Positions 19,801 to 29,153 of a stretch of DNA of 64,000 nt are shown piece by piece. The notes below the pieces were generated by a model, which was not told where the DNA came from, did not search any database, and worked only from the letters and a program-made list of their open reading frames with translations. The translations under genes and the position numbers were made by a program. This DNA is from Eubacteriales bacterium (lineage in GTDB: Bacteria > Bacillota > Clostridia > Oscillospirales > CAG-382): contig JAZQGP010000004.1 in the NCBI GenBank assembly GCA_045540015.1, positions 30,880-94,879 on the forward strand, read 5' to 3'. Within the stretch, counting starts at the first letter, position 1. Each line of letters begins with the position of its first letter.

Positions 19801-22068
19801 ATGCAAAAACTTTCTCTCAACGGCACATGGAAGCTGTCATATTTCAAGCAGAATTCACTTGACATAAAAACTCCGGAGCAGCTTCATGCAAGCAGCGCGG
19901 TTCCTACAATAGAAGCAGTAGTTCCGGGAAATGCAGAGCTTGATCTTTCGCGCGCAGGAGTTCTTCCCGAAAACCTGTTCAAAGGCGAAAACATGCGCCT
20001 TGCCGAAGAGTTTGAGACATATGAATGGTGGTACGAAACGGAATTTGACATTCCTGCCGAATATGCAGGCAAAAAGCTGTCGCTTCTTTTTGAGGGAACA
20101 GACTGTATTGCCGAATACTTCCTTAACGGAGCAAAAATCGGCGAATCGGATAACATGTTCATTCCGTTTGAGTTTTCCATAGACGAAAACGCAAAAATCG
20201 GCGAGATAAACAGTCTTTGCGTACATATAAAGTCCGCTGTGCTTGAAGCCTACAACAAGGATATTTCCATGTTCACTCTTGCAAACGGCTGGTACAACAG
20301 AAACTACGAAAGCGTACAAATAAGAAAAGCTCCTCACAGCTACAGCTGGGATATTATGCCAAGAGCCGTATCAGCAGGTCTCTGGAGAGATGTTTCTCTT
20401 GTTGCAAAGACAGACTGCGAAATCAAGCAGTTCTTCTGCTACACCGAGACAATGTTCCCGGGCGGTGCTTTTCTCCGTTTTTGCTATGAGCTTGAAACAG
20501 AGTGTGTTCCGAAGAACACGACAATAGAAATAAGCGGTGTGTGCGGCGACAGCAGCTTTTCCTTTACAAAACCCGTCACCTTCAAGGCGGGAGCCTTTGA
20601 GCACGGAATAAACAATCCCAAGCTCTGGTGGCCATACGGTTATGGCGAGCCGAACCTTTATGTAGTTAATGTTCGCTTTATTTGTGACGAAAAGGTTCTT
20701 TGCGAAAAGACCGTCAACGTCGGCATACGTCAGGTAAAGCTGTTAAGAACAGACACGACCGACGGAAAGCACGGCAAGTTTGAATTTCAAATCAATGGTG
20801 AAACAGTTGTCTGCAAGGGTTCAAACTGGGTTCCCATGGACGCATATCACAGCCGCGACAAGAGCAGATATGCAAAGGCGTTTGAGCTTGTAACAGATAT
20901 TGGCTGCAACATTCTCAGATGCTGGGGCGGAAATGTTTACGAAAGTGATGAGTTTTTCGATTTGTGTGACAAAAACGGCGTTATGGTATGGCAGGATTTT
21001 TCAATGGCCTGTCATCCTTATCCGCAGGACGAAGCCTTCCTTGAAACAATCCGCAAGGAAGCAACTGCAATTATCCGTCTTTACCGTCAGCATCCGTGTA
21101 TCATTCTCTGGTCGGGCGACAACGAAAACGATGCACTCATGCAGAACAGCCACACGGCACCGAGCAAAAACCGCATAACACGCGAAATTTTGCCGCAGGT
21201 GGTTGCGACCGAAGACGCCGGCAGACCGTTCCTTGCAAGCTCGCCCTATGTATGTAATGAGATTTACGAGAGTAAGGAGTTTGAAAAGCTTCCCGAGGAC
21301 CATCTCTGGGGTGCAAGAGATTACTTCAAGAGTAAATTTTACGTAAACTCCAATGCTCATTTTGTCAGTGAAACAGGTTACCATGGCTGTCCGAGCGTTG
21401 AATCTATAAAGAAATTTATCGACGAAGACTGTTTGTGGCCGGTTTACAACGAGCAGTGGACGCTCCATTCTACAGACTGGGCACATAACGACAGCAGAGT
21501 TGCTCTCATGGACAAACAGATTTATCAGTTCTTCGGCAAAAAAGCCGAAAGTCTTGAAGACTTCTCCTTCATGTCTCAGGTTTCTCAGGCTGAGGCGAAG
21601 AAGTATTTTATTGAAAGAGTTCGTATAAACCCAGACAAGAAGGGTGTTATATGGTGGAATCTGCTTGACGGCTGGCCGCAGATGTCGGATGCAGTTGTGG
21701 ACTACTACTATGACAAGAAGCTTGCTTACCATTATATAAAGCGTTCTCAGCAGCCGTTTGCAATCATGTGCGACGAGATATCAGACTGGGGCTCGCGTGT
21801 TGTTGCAGCAAACGACACACGTGAAAATGTTTCGGGTCAAGTAAAAATCACGGACATAGAAAGCGGAAATGTTGTTCTTCAGGGCGGATTTACCGCCGCT
21901 GCAGGTCAAAGAACCACAATCGGAAAGATAGAACTCATGTATTCTGACAAGGGTATGCTTCTGATTGAGTGGTTTATTGACGGAAAGCGCTATTTCAACC
22001 ACTACCTGTACGGATATCCTGCGTTTGACGTGGATAAGTATAAGGAATGGCTTGAAAAGCTGAAATAA
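19801..22068 (+). CDS. glycoside hydrolase family 2 (beta-mannosidase-like), cytoplasmic
   Basis: 755 aa. GH2 sugar-binding / Ig-like / TIM layout with 'WSGDNEN' acid-base region. No signal peptide. Confidence 0.8.
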   Translation: MQKLSLNGTWKLSYFKQNSLDIKTPEQLHASSAVPTIEAVVPGNAELDLSRAGVLPENLFKGENMRLAEEFETYEWWYETEFDIPAEYAGKKLSLLFEGTDCIAEYFLNGAKIGESDNMFIPFEFSIDENAKIGEINSLCVHIKSAVLEAYNKDISMFTLANGWYNRNYESVQIRKAPHSYSWDIMPRAVSAGLWRDVSLVAKTDCEIKQFFCYTETMFPGGAFLRFCYELETECVPKNTTIEISGVCGDSSFSFTKPVTFKAGAFEHGINNPKLWWPYGYGEPNLYVVNVRFICDEKVLCEKTVNVGIRQVKLLRTDTTDGKHGKFEFQINGETVVCKGSNWVPMDAYHSRDKSRYAKAFELVTDIGCNILRCWGGNVYESDEFFDLCDKNGVMVWQDFSMACHPYPQDEAFLETIRKEATAIIRLYRQHPCIILWSGDNENDALMQNSHTAPSKNRITREILPQVVATEDAGRPFLASSPYVCNEIYESKEFEKLPEDHLWGARDYFKSKFYVNSNAHFVSETGYHGCPSVESIKKFIDEDCLWPVYNEQWTLHSTDWAHNDSRVALMDKQIYQFFGKKAESLEDFSFMSQVSQAEAKKYFIERVRINPDKKGVIWWNLLDGWPQMSDAVVDYYYDKKLAYHYIKRSQQPFAIMCDEISDWGSRVVAANDTRENVSGQVKITDIESGNVVLQGGFTAAAGQRTTIGKIELMYSDKGMLLIEWFIDGKRYFNHYLYGYPAFDVDKYKEWLEKLK

Positions 22069-22086
22069 GAAACAATTGATATAAGT

Positions 22087-22126
22087 AGGGGTTGCATCAA
22101 AATAATTTGATACAGCCCCTTTTTTC
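22087..22126. terminator. bidirectional intrinsic terminator between the convergent GH2 and GH172 genes
   Basis: ggggttgcatcaaa-ataa-tttgatacagcccc + tttttt. Confidence 0.75.
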
Positions 22127-22142
22127 AATAATGTATTTTAAA

Positions 22143-23195
22143 TTATATTATTTCCAATTCATCTGCCGAAGGAAACTTCGGGAAATTTTTACATATGCTG
22201 TCCTGATACCAGAATGCAACCGAAGAAATATCGTCTTGCAGAGGTAAATAGCGGCCGCCGCTTCTCCATCCTAGTGCTTGAATTGTTACTTTTATGTCTT
22301 TCTTAAAATAGATTGGGTCGGTTATGTGCCATCTGTATAGAGAAAATCTCTGTTGAGAATTATATGTGCCGTCAGGTCTTATTATTTTTGAAAGACCCGA
22401 GTAAGGCGTACAAAATTCCTGATACTTACCGCAGACATCGAAATTCCATGAACCGCAGAAATAATCCTCAGTACCTGTTCCGCATATTGTAGGATACTCT
22501 TTGTCACCGTCAAGGTAGAACTTTATCTCGCCTTCACCCCACCATCCGTTATTATTAACACCCCAGAACATATATGTTCCTACATAATGGCCGTTTCCTT
22601 CAACATTATTCAGAATTGTATAATTCTCTTTATACGGAAGCGGGTTTACTCTCCTGAACTGTGCATGAAAGTATCCGTGTCCTTCGGGTATTTTACCAAT
22701 AATATAGTCAACCTGATAATAGAGAGTAACACTTTCCGAATGGAGATTTTCTATTGTTATTCTACACTTTTTATAAAAAGGCATATCCCAATAACAGTTA
22801 AATCCTCTTTTTGGATTTACACAAACCGGCAAAGATGAGAGCTGTGCATAGTTTTGGTAATCTGCAGAAGCAAAAAAGTCGCCAAGAGGAACTTCCACCG
22901 ATGCTTTGTCGCTTCCGTCCCAGTACATTCTGATTACAAGCATTCTGTTTTTAGGGCAGTTATCCGTTATCCATATATGCTTTATAATACCCGCGCCTTC
23001 AATACAGGCAATTTCAAATGTTTCTCCTGCACCAATTCTTACAGCCGGAGATACCTTCCATCCTTTTCCCAATTCTCTTGCGCACTCTTTATTGACCCCG
23101 GTTTCAGCCATTGCACCTTTGCCTTTTTCGCCTGTGAAGTTTTCAGCAGAAATTGACCTCGATTCAAACTCCTGTATTTTTGACAAATTCATCAT
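22143..23195 (-). CDS. DUF2961 / GH172-family protein
   Basis: 'SISAENFTGEKGKGAMA' N-terminal signature typical of DUF2961. Start set at the ATG preceded by AGGGAGA. Confidence 0.75.
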   Translation of the reverse strand: MMNLSKIQEFESRSISAENFTGEKGKGAMAETGVNKECARELGKGWKVSPAVRIGAGETFEIACIEGAGIIKHIWITDNCPKNRMLVIRMYWDGSDKASVEVPLGDFFASADYQNYAQLSSLPVCVNPKRGFNCYWDMPFYKKCRITIENLHSESVTLYYQVDYIIGKIPEGHGYFHAQFRRVNPLPYKENYTILNNVEGNGHYVGTYMFWGVNNNGWWGEGEIKFYLDGDKEYPTICGTGTEDYFCGSWNFDVCGKYQEFCTPYSGLSKIIRPDGTYNSQQRFSLYRWHITDPIYFKKDIKVTIQALGWRSGGRYLPLQDDISSVAFWYQDSICKNFPKFPSADELEII

Positions 23196-23329
23196 TTTTC
23201 TATTCTCCCTTGCTATTACTTTAAAATTGTGGTATAATTTTAACATAATTCAAAATAAAAGAGAATAGCAGTTTTAGTTAACAGATTTATCATTTATTGA
23301 CACAAGGTCAAGAGAAAGGTATTTGGGAT

Positions 23330-24217
23330 ATGAACAAAAACGAGTTTTCTCCATATATAAGAGTTGCTATGTTTTCTACGCTTATCGCTCCGTTCAGGAT
23401 TAACAACAGGGTGATATTTGATTACGAATTGATACTGGTTACAAGCGGAAAATGCAAAATCACTGTAGAAAATATCGAATACCTGTGCAAGAAAAACGAT
23501 GTTGTGTTTTTAAGACCGGGAATCCATCACAAATTCGAATGTGTTGAAAACATTGATTTTGTACAGCCACATATCCATTTTGATATGACATACAGCAACG
23601 CAAGCGAAAAAAGATATATATCCTTTAAACCTCAAAAAAAGATGTCAGATTATGAATTGTCACTTATTCAGGAGGACATTTTGGCTGATATAGGCATTCC
23701 ATGTGTTTTTACTCCGTCTGATACTGCCTTGTTTCAGAGGATCTTTTTTGAAATCATTGAGTTGTTTAAAAGTAAGGCTTATAACTATGAACTGTTATGC
23801 AAGGCAAAAATGCTTGAGCTTTTAAACTGCATTTTAACACAATTTGATCATGACAGAACAGGCAGCCCCGATATGATGAGCAATCCGGTCGTTGCTGTCA
23901 AAAATTATATAGACAACAATTTCATATCCGCAATAACTTTAGATTCTCTTTCAAAACAGTTTTATATCAACAAATACACATTGCTCAGAAAATTCAAGTA
24001 TATGTATGGAATAAACATTATTACATATTATCGGCACAAGCGGATTGAGTATATCAAAGACATTTTAAAGACAACCAATATCCCGGTATCTGCTTTATCC
24101 GAAAAAATGAGTTTTTCCGACATTTATTCATTTAGCAGGTTCTTCAAAAACTGTGTCGGGGTTTCTCCGTCGGTTTACCGTAAAAATCATTTATCAATTA
24201 GTGTTAATTGCCCATAA
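23330..24217 (+). CDS. AraC-family transcriptional regulator
   Basis: Cupin-like N-terminus and C-terminal HTH 'SDIYSFSRFFKNCVGVSPSVYR'. Divergent from the GH172 gene. Confidence 0.85.
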   Translation: MNKNEFSPYIRVAMFSTLIAPFRINNRVIFDYELILVTSGKCKITVENIEYLCKKNDVVFLRPGIHHKFECVENIDFVQPHIHFDMTYSNASEKRYISFKPQKKMSDYELSLIQEDILADIGIPCVFTPSDTALFQRIFFEIIELFKSKAYNYELLCKAKMLELLNCILTQFDHDRTGSPDMMSNPVVAVKNYIDNNFISAITLDSLSKQFYINKYTLLRKFKYMYGINIITYYRHKRIEYIKDILKTTNIPVSALSEKMSFSDIYSFSRFFKNCVGVSPSVYRKNHLSISVNCP

Positions 24218-24220
24218 AAG

Positions 24221-24252
24221 AAGGCAGAAACGAAATCACACGTTTCTGCCTT
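24221..24252. terminator. bidirectional intrinsic terminator between the convergent AraC and ABC exporter genes
   Basis: aaggcagaaacg-aaatcaca-cgtttctgcctt, flanked by A/T runs. Confidence 0.75.
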
Positions 24253-24258
24253 TAAATA

Positions 24259-26106
24259 TTATTGTTCTACTGTCTGTGGTTTTTGCATTTCGTAGAAAAT
24301 GCCTTTCTTTGCTACAAGCTCGTTGTAAGTTCCTATCTCACAGCATACACCGTCCTTGATAACGGCAATTCTGTCGGCGTTTTTGATAGTAGAAAGCCTG
24401 TGTGCAACAATAAATGTTGTCTTATCTCTTGACAGATTGTTTATTGCGGTTTGTATTTCCTTTTCGGAAATTGTATCGAGAGCACTTGTCGCTTCATCAA
24501 AGATAATAACATCCGGGTTTCTGATTAGTGCACGAGCGATTGAAAGTCTCTGTCTTTGTCCTCCGGACAGGTTTGCACCGTGCTCTTCAAGCGGAGTGTC
24601 GATGCCTTTGGGAAGCGTGCCTATAAAGTTCGAAAGCAGTGAGGCATCAAGCACCTCTTTAAGCTTTTTATCACTTACTGTATCAAGACCGTATGTGATG
24701 TTTTCACGTATTGTTCCGGTAAATAACACGCTGTTTTGCGGAACAACCGCAAGGTGCTTTCTGTAGGAATGAAGGTTTATTTCGGTGATGTCGTGTCCGT
24801 CAATGGAAACCTTACCCGAATTCGGGAAAATAAATCCGAGCACAAGGTTCATGAGCGTTGATTTTCCCGAGCCCGATTCACCGACTATTGCAATGGTTTC
24901 TCCTTGCTTTACGTGAAGATTAAGACCGCGAAGCAGCGGTTGGTCGTCCTCATAGGAAAAATGTACGTTTTCAAAATCGAAGTCGCCCCTTAGCGTTACA
25001 AGCTCTTTTTTGCCCTTGTTGTCCTCAATGTCAGAGGCACCGAGTATTTCTCCGATAGAGGAAATCGACTCAAAGCCCTTGGTCATAATGGGAAGAAGTC
25101 CGATTATTGTTGAAACCTGTGCGGTGAGTGTTGTGAAATATGACTGATAGAGAGAAATGTCACCGATTTTAATTTGTCCGTTGATTGCCATAAACGCAGT
25201 GAACACCAGGCAAAGAAGCTGGAAAACCTGGAATACAACCCATGAGCTTGCTCCGAACATGGACTGAATCATATCAAGCTTTATGCCGGTATTTGCAAGC
25301 CTGCTCAGCAGAGACGTCATCTTGTGAACCTCTCTGTTTTCAAGAGCATGTGCTCTTGTAATCTCAGTCATTTCAACCATGTCCATAAGGTTTGCACTTG
25401 TGTTCTCCATGTCCTTTCTGTAGGTGCGGTTGTTTTTTCTGATGGGAGAACGGAACGCTCTTACAAGCAGTGCCGAGGACGGTATACACAAAATGAAGAA
25501 TGCGAACAGTCTCCAGTCGTTGACAAGCACAATAACAAAGGCTGTTACCATATTTACTATAATTTGCGGCAACGACGAGAAAATCTGTTGTGCAAGTCCA
25601 TGAACTGTTTCAACATCCCGCATGAGCTTTGACTGAATACGTCCCGACTGCATTTCCTTGTGGAAAGAAATGGACAACTGCTGAAGCTTTCTTACAAGAG
25701 CACCGCGAAGCCCCGCTTCAACGCGTCTTAAAACAAGGCTCTGATATTTTACCCTGAGTACGTTTGTCGGAATATTGAGCAAAAGCAGAAACGCTATTAC
25801 TGCAAGGTTAACAGCAATATCTCTGTATAAATGCTCTGTCGGATAGGCAACAAGATTTATAATATTTGCAGTGATTATCGGAAGTGTTATATGCGGAAGG
25901 GTTGCAATTATGTAGAAAAATATTGACAGAAAGAGTTGTCTTGGAAAACGCATGTATAGAATCAAGAGTATTTTGAAGGTGCTTTTTGAAGTTCCGCTAT
26001 AGGCGTTTATAAATTCAAACTCAAGATTTCTTAACTGCTCGTCCGTAAACTCCTTTTTATGAGATGCCGGTCTTAATTTGTGTCTTCGTTTATGCAAATG
26101 CGGCAT
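24259..26106 (-). CDS. ABC exporter, fused permease-ATPase (type I exporter fold)
   Basis: Six-TM N-terminal half. Walker A 'GESGSGKST', signature 'LSGGQRQR', Walker B 'IIIFDEATS'. Start placed at the ATG (26106) preceded by AAAGGAG; His/Lys-rich N-terminus. Confidence 0.88.
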   Translation of the reverse strand: MPHLHKRRHKLRPASHKKEFTDEQLRNLEFEFINAYSGTSKSTFKILLILYMRFPRQLFLSIFFYIIATLPHITLPIITANIINLVAYPTEHLYRDIAVNLAVIAFLLLLNIPTNVLRVKYQSLVLRRVEAGLRGALVRKLQQLSISFHKEMQSGRIQSKLMRDVETVHGLAQQIFSSLPQIIVNMVTAFVIVLVNDWRLFAFFILCIPSSALLVRAFRSPIRKNNRTYRKDMENTSANLMDMVEMTEITRAHALENREVHKMTSLLSRLANTGIKLDMIQSMFGASSWVVFQVFQLLCLVFTAFMAINGQIKIGDISLYQSYFTTLTAQVSTIIGLLPIMTKGFESISSIGEILGASDIEDNKGKKELVTLRGDFDFENVHFSYEDDQPLLRGLNLHVKQGETIAIVGESGSGKSTLMNLVLGFIFPNSGKVSIDGHDITEINLHSYRKHLAVVPQNSVLFTGTIRENITYGLDTVSDKKLKEVLDASLLSNFIGTLPKGIDTPLEEHGANLSGGQRQRLSIARALIRNPDVIIFDEATSALDTISEKEIQTAINNLSRDKTTFIVAHRLSTIKNADRIAVIKDGVCCEIGTYNELVAKKGIFYEMQKPQTVEQ

Positions 26107-26341
26107 ATGATGCTCACTCCTTTTTCCGTGTTGAAAACACGGACTTTGGCTGTTGGTTTGTTTGGATACGTACAATTTTCCCGAAGCAATAAAAACGGGA
26201 TTACGTCAATATATTCCGCTTGACGAATCCCGAACTGTATGCCTATAGTGTTTTATCCTCCTCACCTTACGTATTCGGCGCGTCTCTCGGACGCCTCCGC
26301 CTCTTCTCGTTCGGGAGTTTTTACACATTTATATTCTGTTC
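26107..26341 (-). promoter_or_regulatory. about 235-nt 5' leader with mutually exclusive P1/antiterminator and intrinsic terminator (candidate riboswitch or attenuator, class unassigned)
   Basis: Minus-strand CUCCCGAAC (26309-26317) pairs with GUUCGGGAU (26227-26235). That segment overlaps the 5' arm of the terminator hairpin GGGAUUCGUCAA...UUGACGUAAUCCC + GUUUUUAUU (26186-26231). Confidence 0.6.
26186..26231 (-). terminator. intrinsic terminator inside the ABC exporter leader
   Basis: 12-bp stem with one mismatch, followed by a U-run, about 80 nt upstream of the start codon. Confidence 0.7.
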
Positions 26342-26347
26342 ATGGGT

Positions 26348-26376
26348 ATATTAACATACCGTATCCCGTTTGTCAA
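26348..26376 (-). promoter_or_regulatory. sigma-A-type promoter of the ABC exporter leader
   Basis: Minus strand reads TTGACA-N17-TAATAT. Confidence 0.6.
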
Positions 26377-26391
26377 TACAAACTGAGAATT

Positions 26392-27273
26392 TTATTTAAC
26401 TTTCTTTTTTAAGTTAAGTACAACGATCGCTGCAATAATTCCTGCCATGCCGAGGCACACGGAAACTGTCAGCTTCTCACCTCTGAAAACGCCGCAAACT
26501 GCAGCCATAAGCGGTTCAACAGATGCCATAATTGCTGCTTTTCCGGGTTCTGTTCCCGAAAGACCTTTTGTGTAAAGCGTAAACGGAAGTACAGCCGTTA
26601 CAAGCCCTGTTGAGAAAATCGCAAGTGCAAGAAGTGCAGATGCATTTGCTGCTGTATTTGACAGGAGCGACGGCATATCGCACACGCACCACGAGCCTAT
26701 TGCTGCAAAAAGGAAAGACCAGAAGGTAACGGTATACGCGTGATACCCCTTTTTCATTGCTACTGTGCTGAAAATACTGTAAAGAGCATAGGCAAGCCCC
26801 GACAGAAGTCCAAGTACTATCCCTTTTGTTGTTGCGTGTACAGAACCCGACATTGACACAAGCACGCATCCCAAAAACGCAAATACCAGTGCAAGCGCCT
26901 TGACTCTTGTAAATTTCTCCTTGAAAATAATACATGAAAGCAGCATTACGATAATAGGAGCGGTGTAGAGCAGAATTGCCGAGACGGACATGCTTGTATC
27001 GCTGCTGATGGAGCCGAAGTAAAACACCGTCATGCACAAAACGCTTATAAATCCGTTACACAAAAAAACCCATATATCATGCAGCTTTATTTTGAATTTC
27101 TTTCTGTCAGTCAGAAGCAGAAAGAGAAACACCATAACTGCACAGCCCGTAATGCGAAGAGCAGCCGCCTGAATTGAAGTATATCCGAAAATGTCTGTCA
27201 GCGTGTGCACAAAAAGTCCCATTGTTCCCCAGAGAACGCCGGCAATAATTATAAGAAGTGAGCTTGTTGTCAT
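26392..27273 (-). CDS. EamA/DMT-family transporter
   Basis: Ten predicted TM helices as two EamA repeats. Start at 'MTTSSLLIIIAG' to avoid overlap with the upstream gene. Confidence 0.8.
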   Translation of the reverse strand: MTTSSLLIIIAGVLWGTMGLFVHTLTDIFGYTSIQAAALRITGCAVMVFLFLLLTDRKKFKIKLHDIWVFLCNGFISVLCMTVFYFGSISSDTSMSVSAILLYTAPIIVMLLSCIIFKEKFTRVKALALVFAFLGCVLVSMSGSVHATTKGIVLGLLSGLAYALYSIFSTVAMKKGYHAYTVTFWSFLFAAIGSWCVCDMPSLLSNTAANASALLALAIFSTGLVTAVLPFTLYTKGLSGTEPGKAAIMASVEPLMAAVCGVFRGEKLTVSVCLGMAGIIAAIVVLNLKKKVK

Positions 27274-27310
27274 AGTTCTGTCTCTTTTCTGTTTTGTTTT
27301 TATTGTTTTT

Positions 27311-28165
27311 TTACATTCTTTTGCGGATAAAGCCGCATTTTTTGCAGGTATCGAAAACAGCCTTTTTGCTGTCAAAGCCTTCTCTAAGCTTTGTTGCAAG
27401 AACACCCGAGAGCATATCCGAAAGCGCGTCTGTTTCTATGTTTCCCATGCAAAGCGAACCCTCACTGTCGATACAGCAAGGAATAACCGTGCCGTCGCAT
27501 AAAACGCCGAACTGGTCTTTAAGCGCATAACAGCGTACATTTCCCTTTGCCTCATTCTGTTCATGCCACTCAAACCTGTTTGCATATTCCAAAAACAGCT
27601 TTTCACGTAAGCGATAGCCTTTTGTATTTTCCTTCCACTCACCGCAAAACTTCTCGTGAAGCCTATTTTCGATTTCTCCGTTAAGAGTGTTTTCCGCTCC
27701 ACTGTTCCAAAGCCTGAACACCGACACAATGCCCTTTTCCGCAGCTTTTTCGCAAAAATCAAAGCACGCGTCAAGATATGCGTTTTTATCTAAAGCAGGG
27801 TTTGCTTCCAGTGCATGAAGCGACACGTTCACCTTATGAAGCGCTTCTTTTGAGAGCAGAATGTCTGCACATTCGCAAAGTTTTGTGCCGTTTGTTACAA
27901 GCACCACTTTTAAATCGTGTTTTTGGGCTTCATCAAACATTTCCGATATTTCGGGATGCAAAAGCGGTTCTCCGAGGACGTGAAGATAGATGAAGTCTGT
28001 ATATGCCTGTACCTTGTCAAGCACTTTTTTAAAACGCTCAAGGCTCATAAATTCCTTTTTGCGATTAGTTCCCGCACAAAACGAGCATGAAAGGTTGCAG
28101 ACATTTGTTATTTCTATGTAAACCTTGCGAAAAGGTTTTTCACGGTTTATATTCACACTTCCCAT
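27311..28165 (-). CDS. radical SAM protein with SPASM/twitch-like C-terminal Cys cluster
   Basis: 'CNLSCSFC' CX3CX2C motif. C-terminal 'CDGTVIPCC...C...CKKCG'. Start at 28165 is 4 nt after the pgeF stop; a longer version to 28264 would overlap pgeF by 95 nt. Confidence 0.75.
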   Translation of the reverse strand: MGSVNINREKPFRKVYIEITNVCNLSCSFCAGTNRKKEFMSLERFKKVLDKVQAYTDFIYLHVLGEPLLHPEISEMFDEAQKHDLKVVLVTNGTKLCECADILLSKEALHKVNVSLHALEANPALDKNAYLDACFDFCEKAAEKGIVSVFRLWNSGAENTLNGEIENRLHEKFCGEWKENTKGYRLREKLFLEYANRFEWHEQNEAKGNVRCYALKDQFGVLCDGTVIPCCIDSEGSLCMGNIETDALSDMLSGVLATKLREGFDSKKAVFDTCKKCGFIRKRM

Positions 28166-28169
28166 TGCT

Positions 28170-29042
28170 TCAAGAGTCTTTTCCGGTTTTGACTGCCGAC
28201 AGAAACGTTCCCGAATGACCGCCGCTTGCTCTGTGCGAGAAAAACGGTTTTTCTCCGTTTTCAATTGTGCAGCAGGTGCATATGCCCGATGCTTCTATGT
28301 TCTGTGAGGGTACGCCTGCATTTTCAAGAAGCGTTCTGTTAATAAGTGCGAGATTTGCATGTTTCTTCTGTGAAAGCGAACATATTGACAGGCTTACAAA
28401 CATATTGTCCGTCATTTTTGAAATGCCCCTGATATCAAAAAGCAGCTTTACTGCATCGTAAACCTCGTCGCCTACCTCATAGCAGCAAGCACCTATACAA
28501 GGGCCAATTGCGCAGATAATGTCTGACATATTATTGCAACACAGCATTTGTGCCGCTTTTGCTGCAATGTCGTTGACTGTTCCTCTCCAGCCTGCGTGAA
28601 CGGCACACACGTCGCCGGTTTTTTTGTTGCCCAGTAAAATCGGAGTACAGTCTGCAGTTTTCACGCATGCGGTATTTACGGCGGAATTTTCTGCTTTCAC
28701 AAGCACTCCGTCATACCCGATACTACTCTCGCGCAAGATTTCAAGTCCTGCGTCCTTGTCGGTTGCAACTCTGACGGTGTTTTCATGAACCTGCTTTGCC
28801 CCGACCGCGCTTTCGGGAGAGCTTTCTATTGCAGAAAGTGCAATACGGTAGTTTTCACGCACGTTTTCGGTGCTGTCGCACATACCGTTTTTATCTTTTC
28901 TGGTAAAGCTCATGTTAAGGCTGTCAAAGCAAGACGAGCTTACTCCACCGTATCTTGTGAAAAAAGCATTTTCAAAGCCGTTCTGCAAAAGAAGAGTGCT
29001 TCTGTAGTAAATGACGCTGTTTTTCTGACACTTTTCAAACAC
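28170..29042 (-). CDS. pgeF: peptidoglycan editing factor PgeF / YfiH (DUF152) family
   Basis: 'AVHAGWRGT' motif and family-typical length. Confidence 0.82.
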   Translation of the reverse strand: MFEKCQKNSVIYYRSTLLLQNGFENAFFTRYGGVSSSCFDSLNMSFTRKDKNGMCDSTENVRENYRIALSAIESSPESAVGAKQVHENTVRVATDKDAGLEILRESSIGYDGVLVKAENSAVNTACVKTADCTPILLGNKKTGDVCAVHAGWRGTVNDIAAKAAQMLCCNNMSDIICAIGPCIGACCYEVGDEVYDAVKLLFDIRGISKMTDNMFVSLSICSLSQKKHANLALINRTLLENAGVPSQNIEASGICTCCTIENGEKPFFSHRASGGHSGTFLSAVKTGKDS

Positions 29043-29153
29043 AGCTTTTCCTCCCGTTAAAACAAATTATAATTTATGACACAATACATGGGCGACCGGT
29101 TCTGGCCGCCCGACTCTTTTATAAAAAATATGCCGAAAAAACAAACAAATCAC

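Noticed and set aside
26240-26320. Possible ykkC/guanidine-I-family riboswitch, because the leader contains GUCCGAGAG and GGAUAAAA strings that I associate with that motif.
   Set aside because: The other conserved blocks I remember (5' CUAGGGUUCCG, 3' GCCCGGGAGA) are absent. The downstream gene is an exporter-type ABC, not the usual gene set. The resemblance is too weak to call without a covariance-model search.
26392-28264. Longest-ORF starts for the DMT transporter (27405) and the radical SAM gene (28264).
   Set aside because: They would overlap the upstream genes by 95 nt each and would add non-conserved basic N-termini. Internal ATGs at 27273 and 28165 remove the overlaps.
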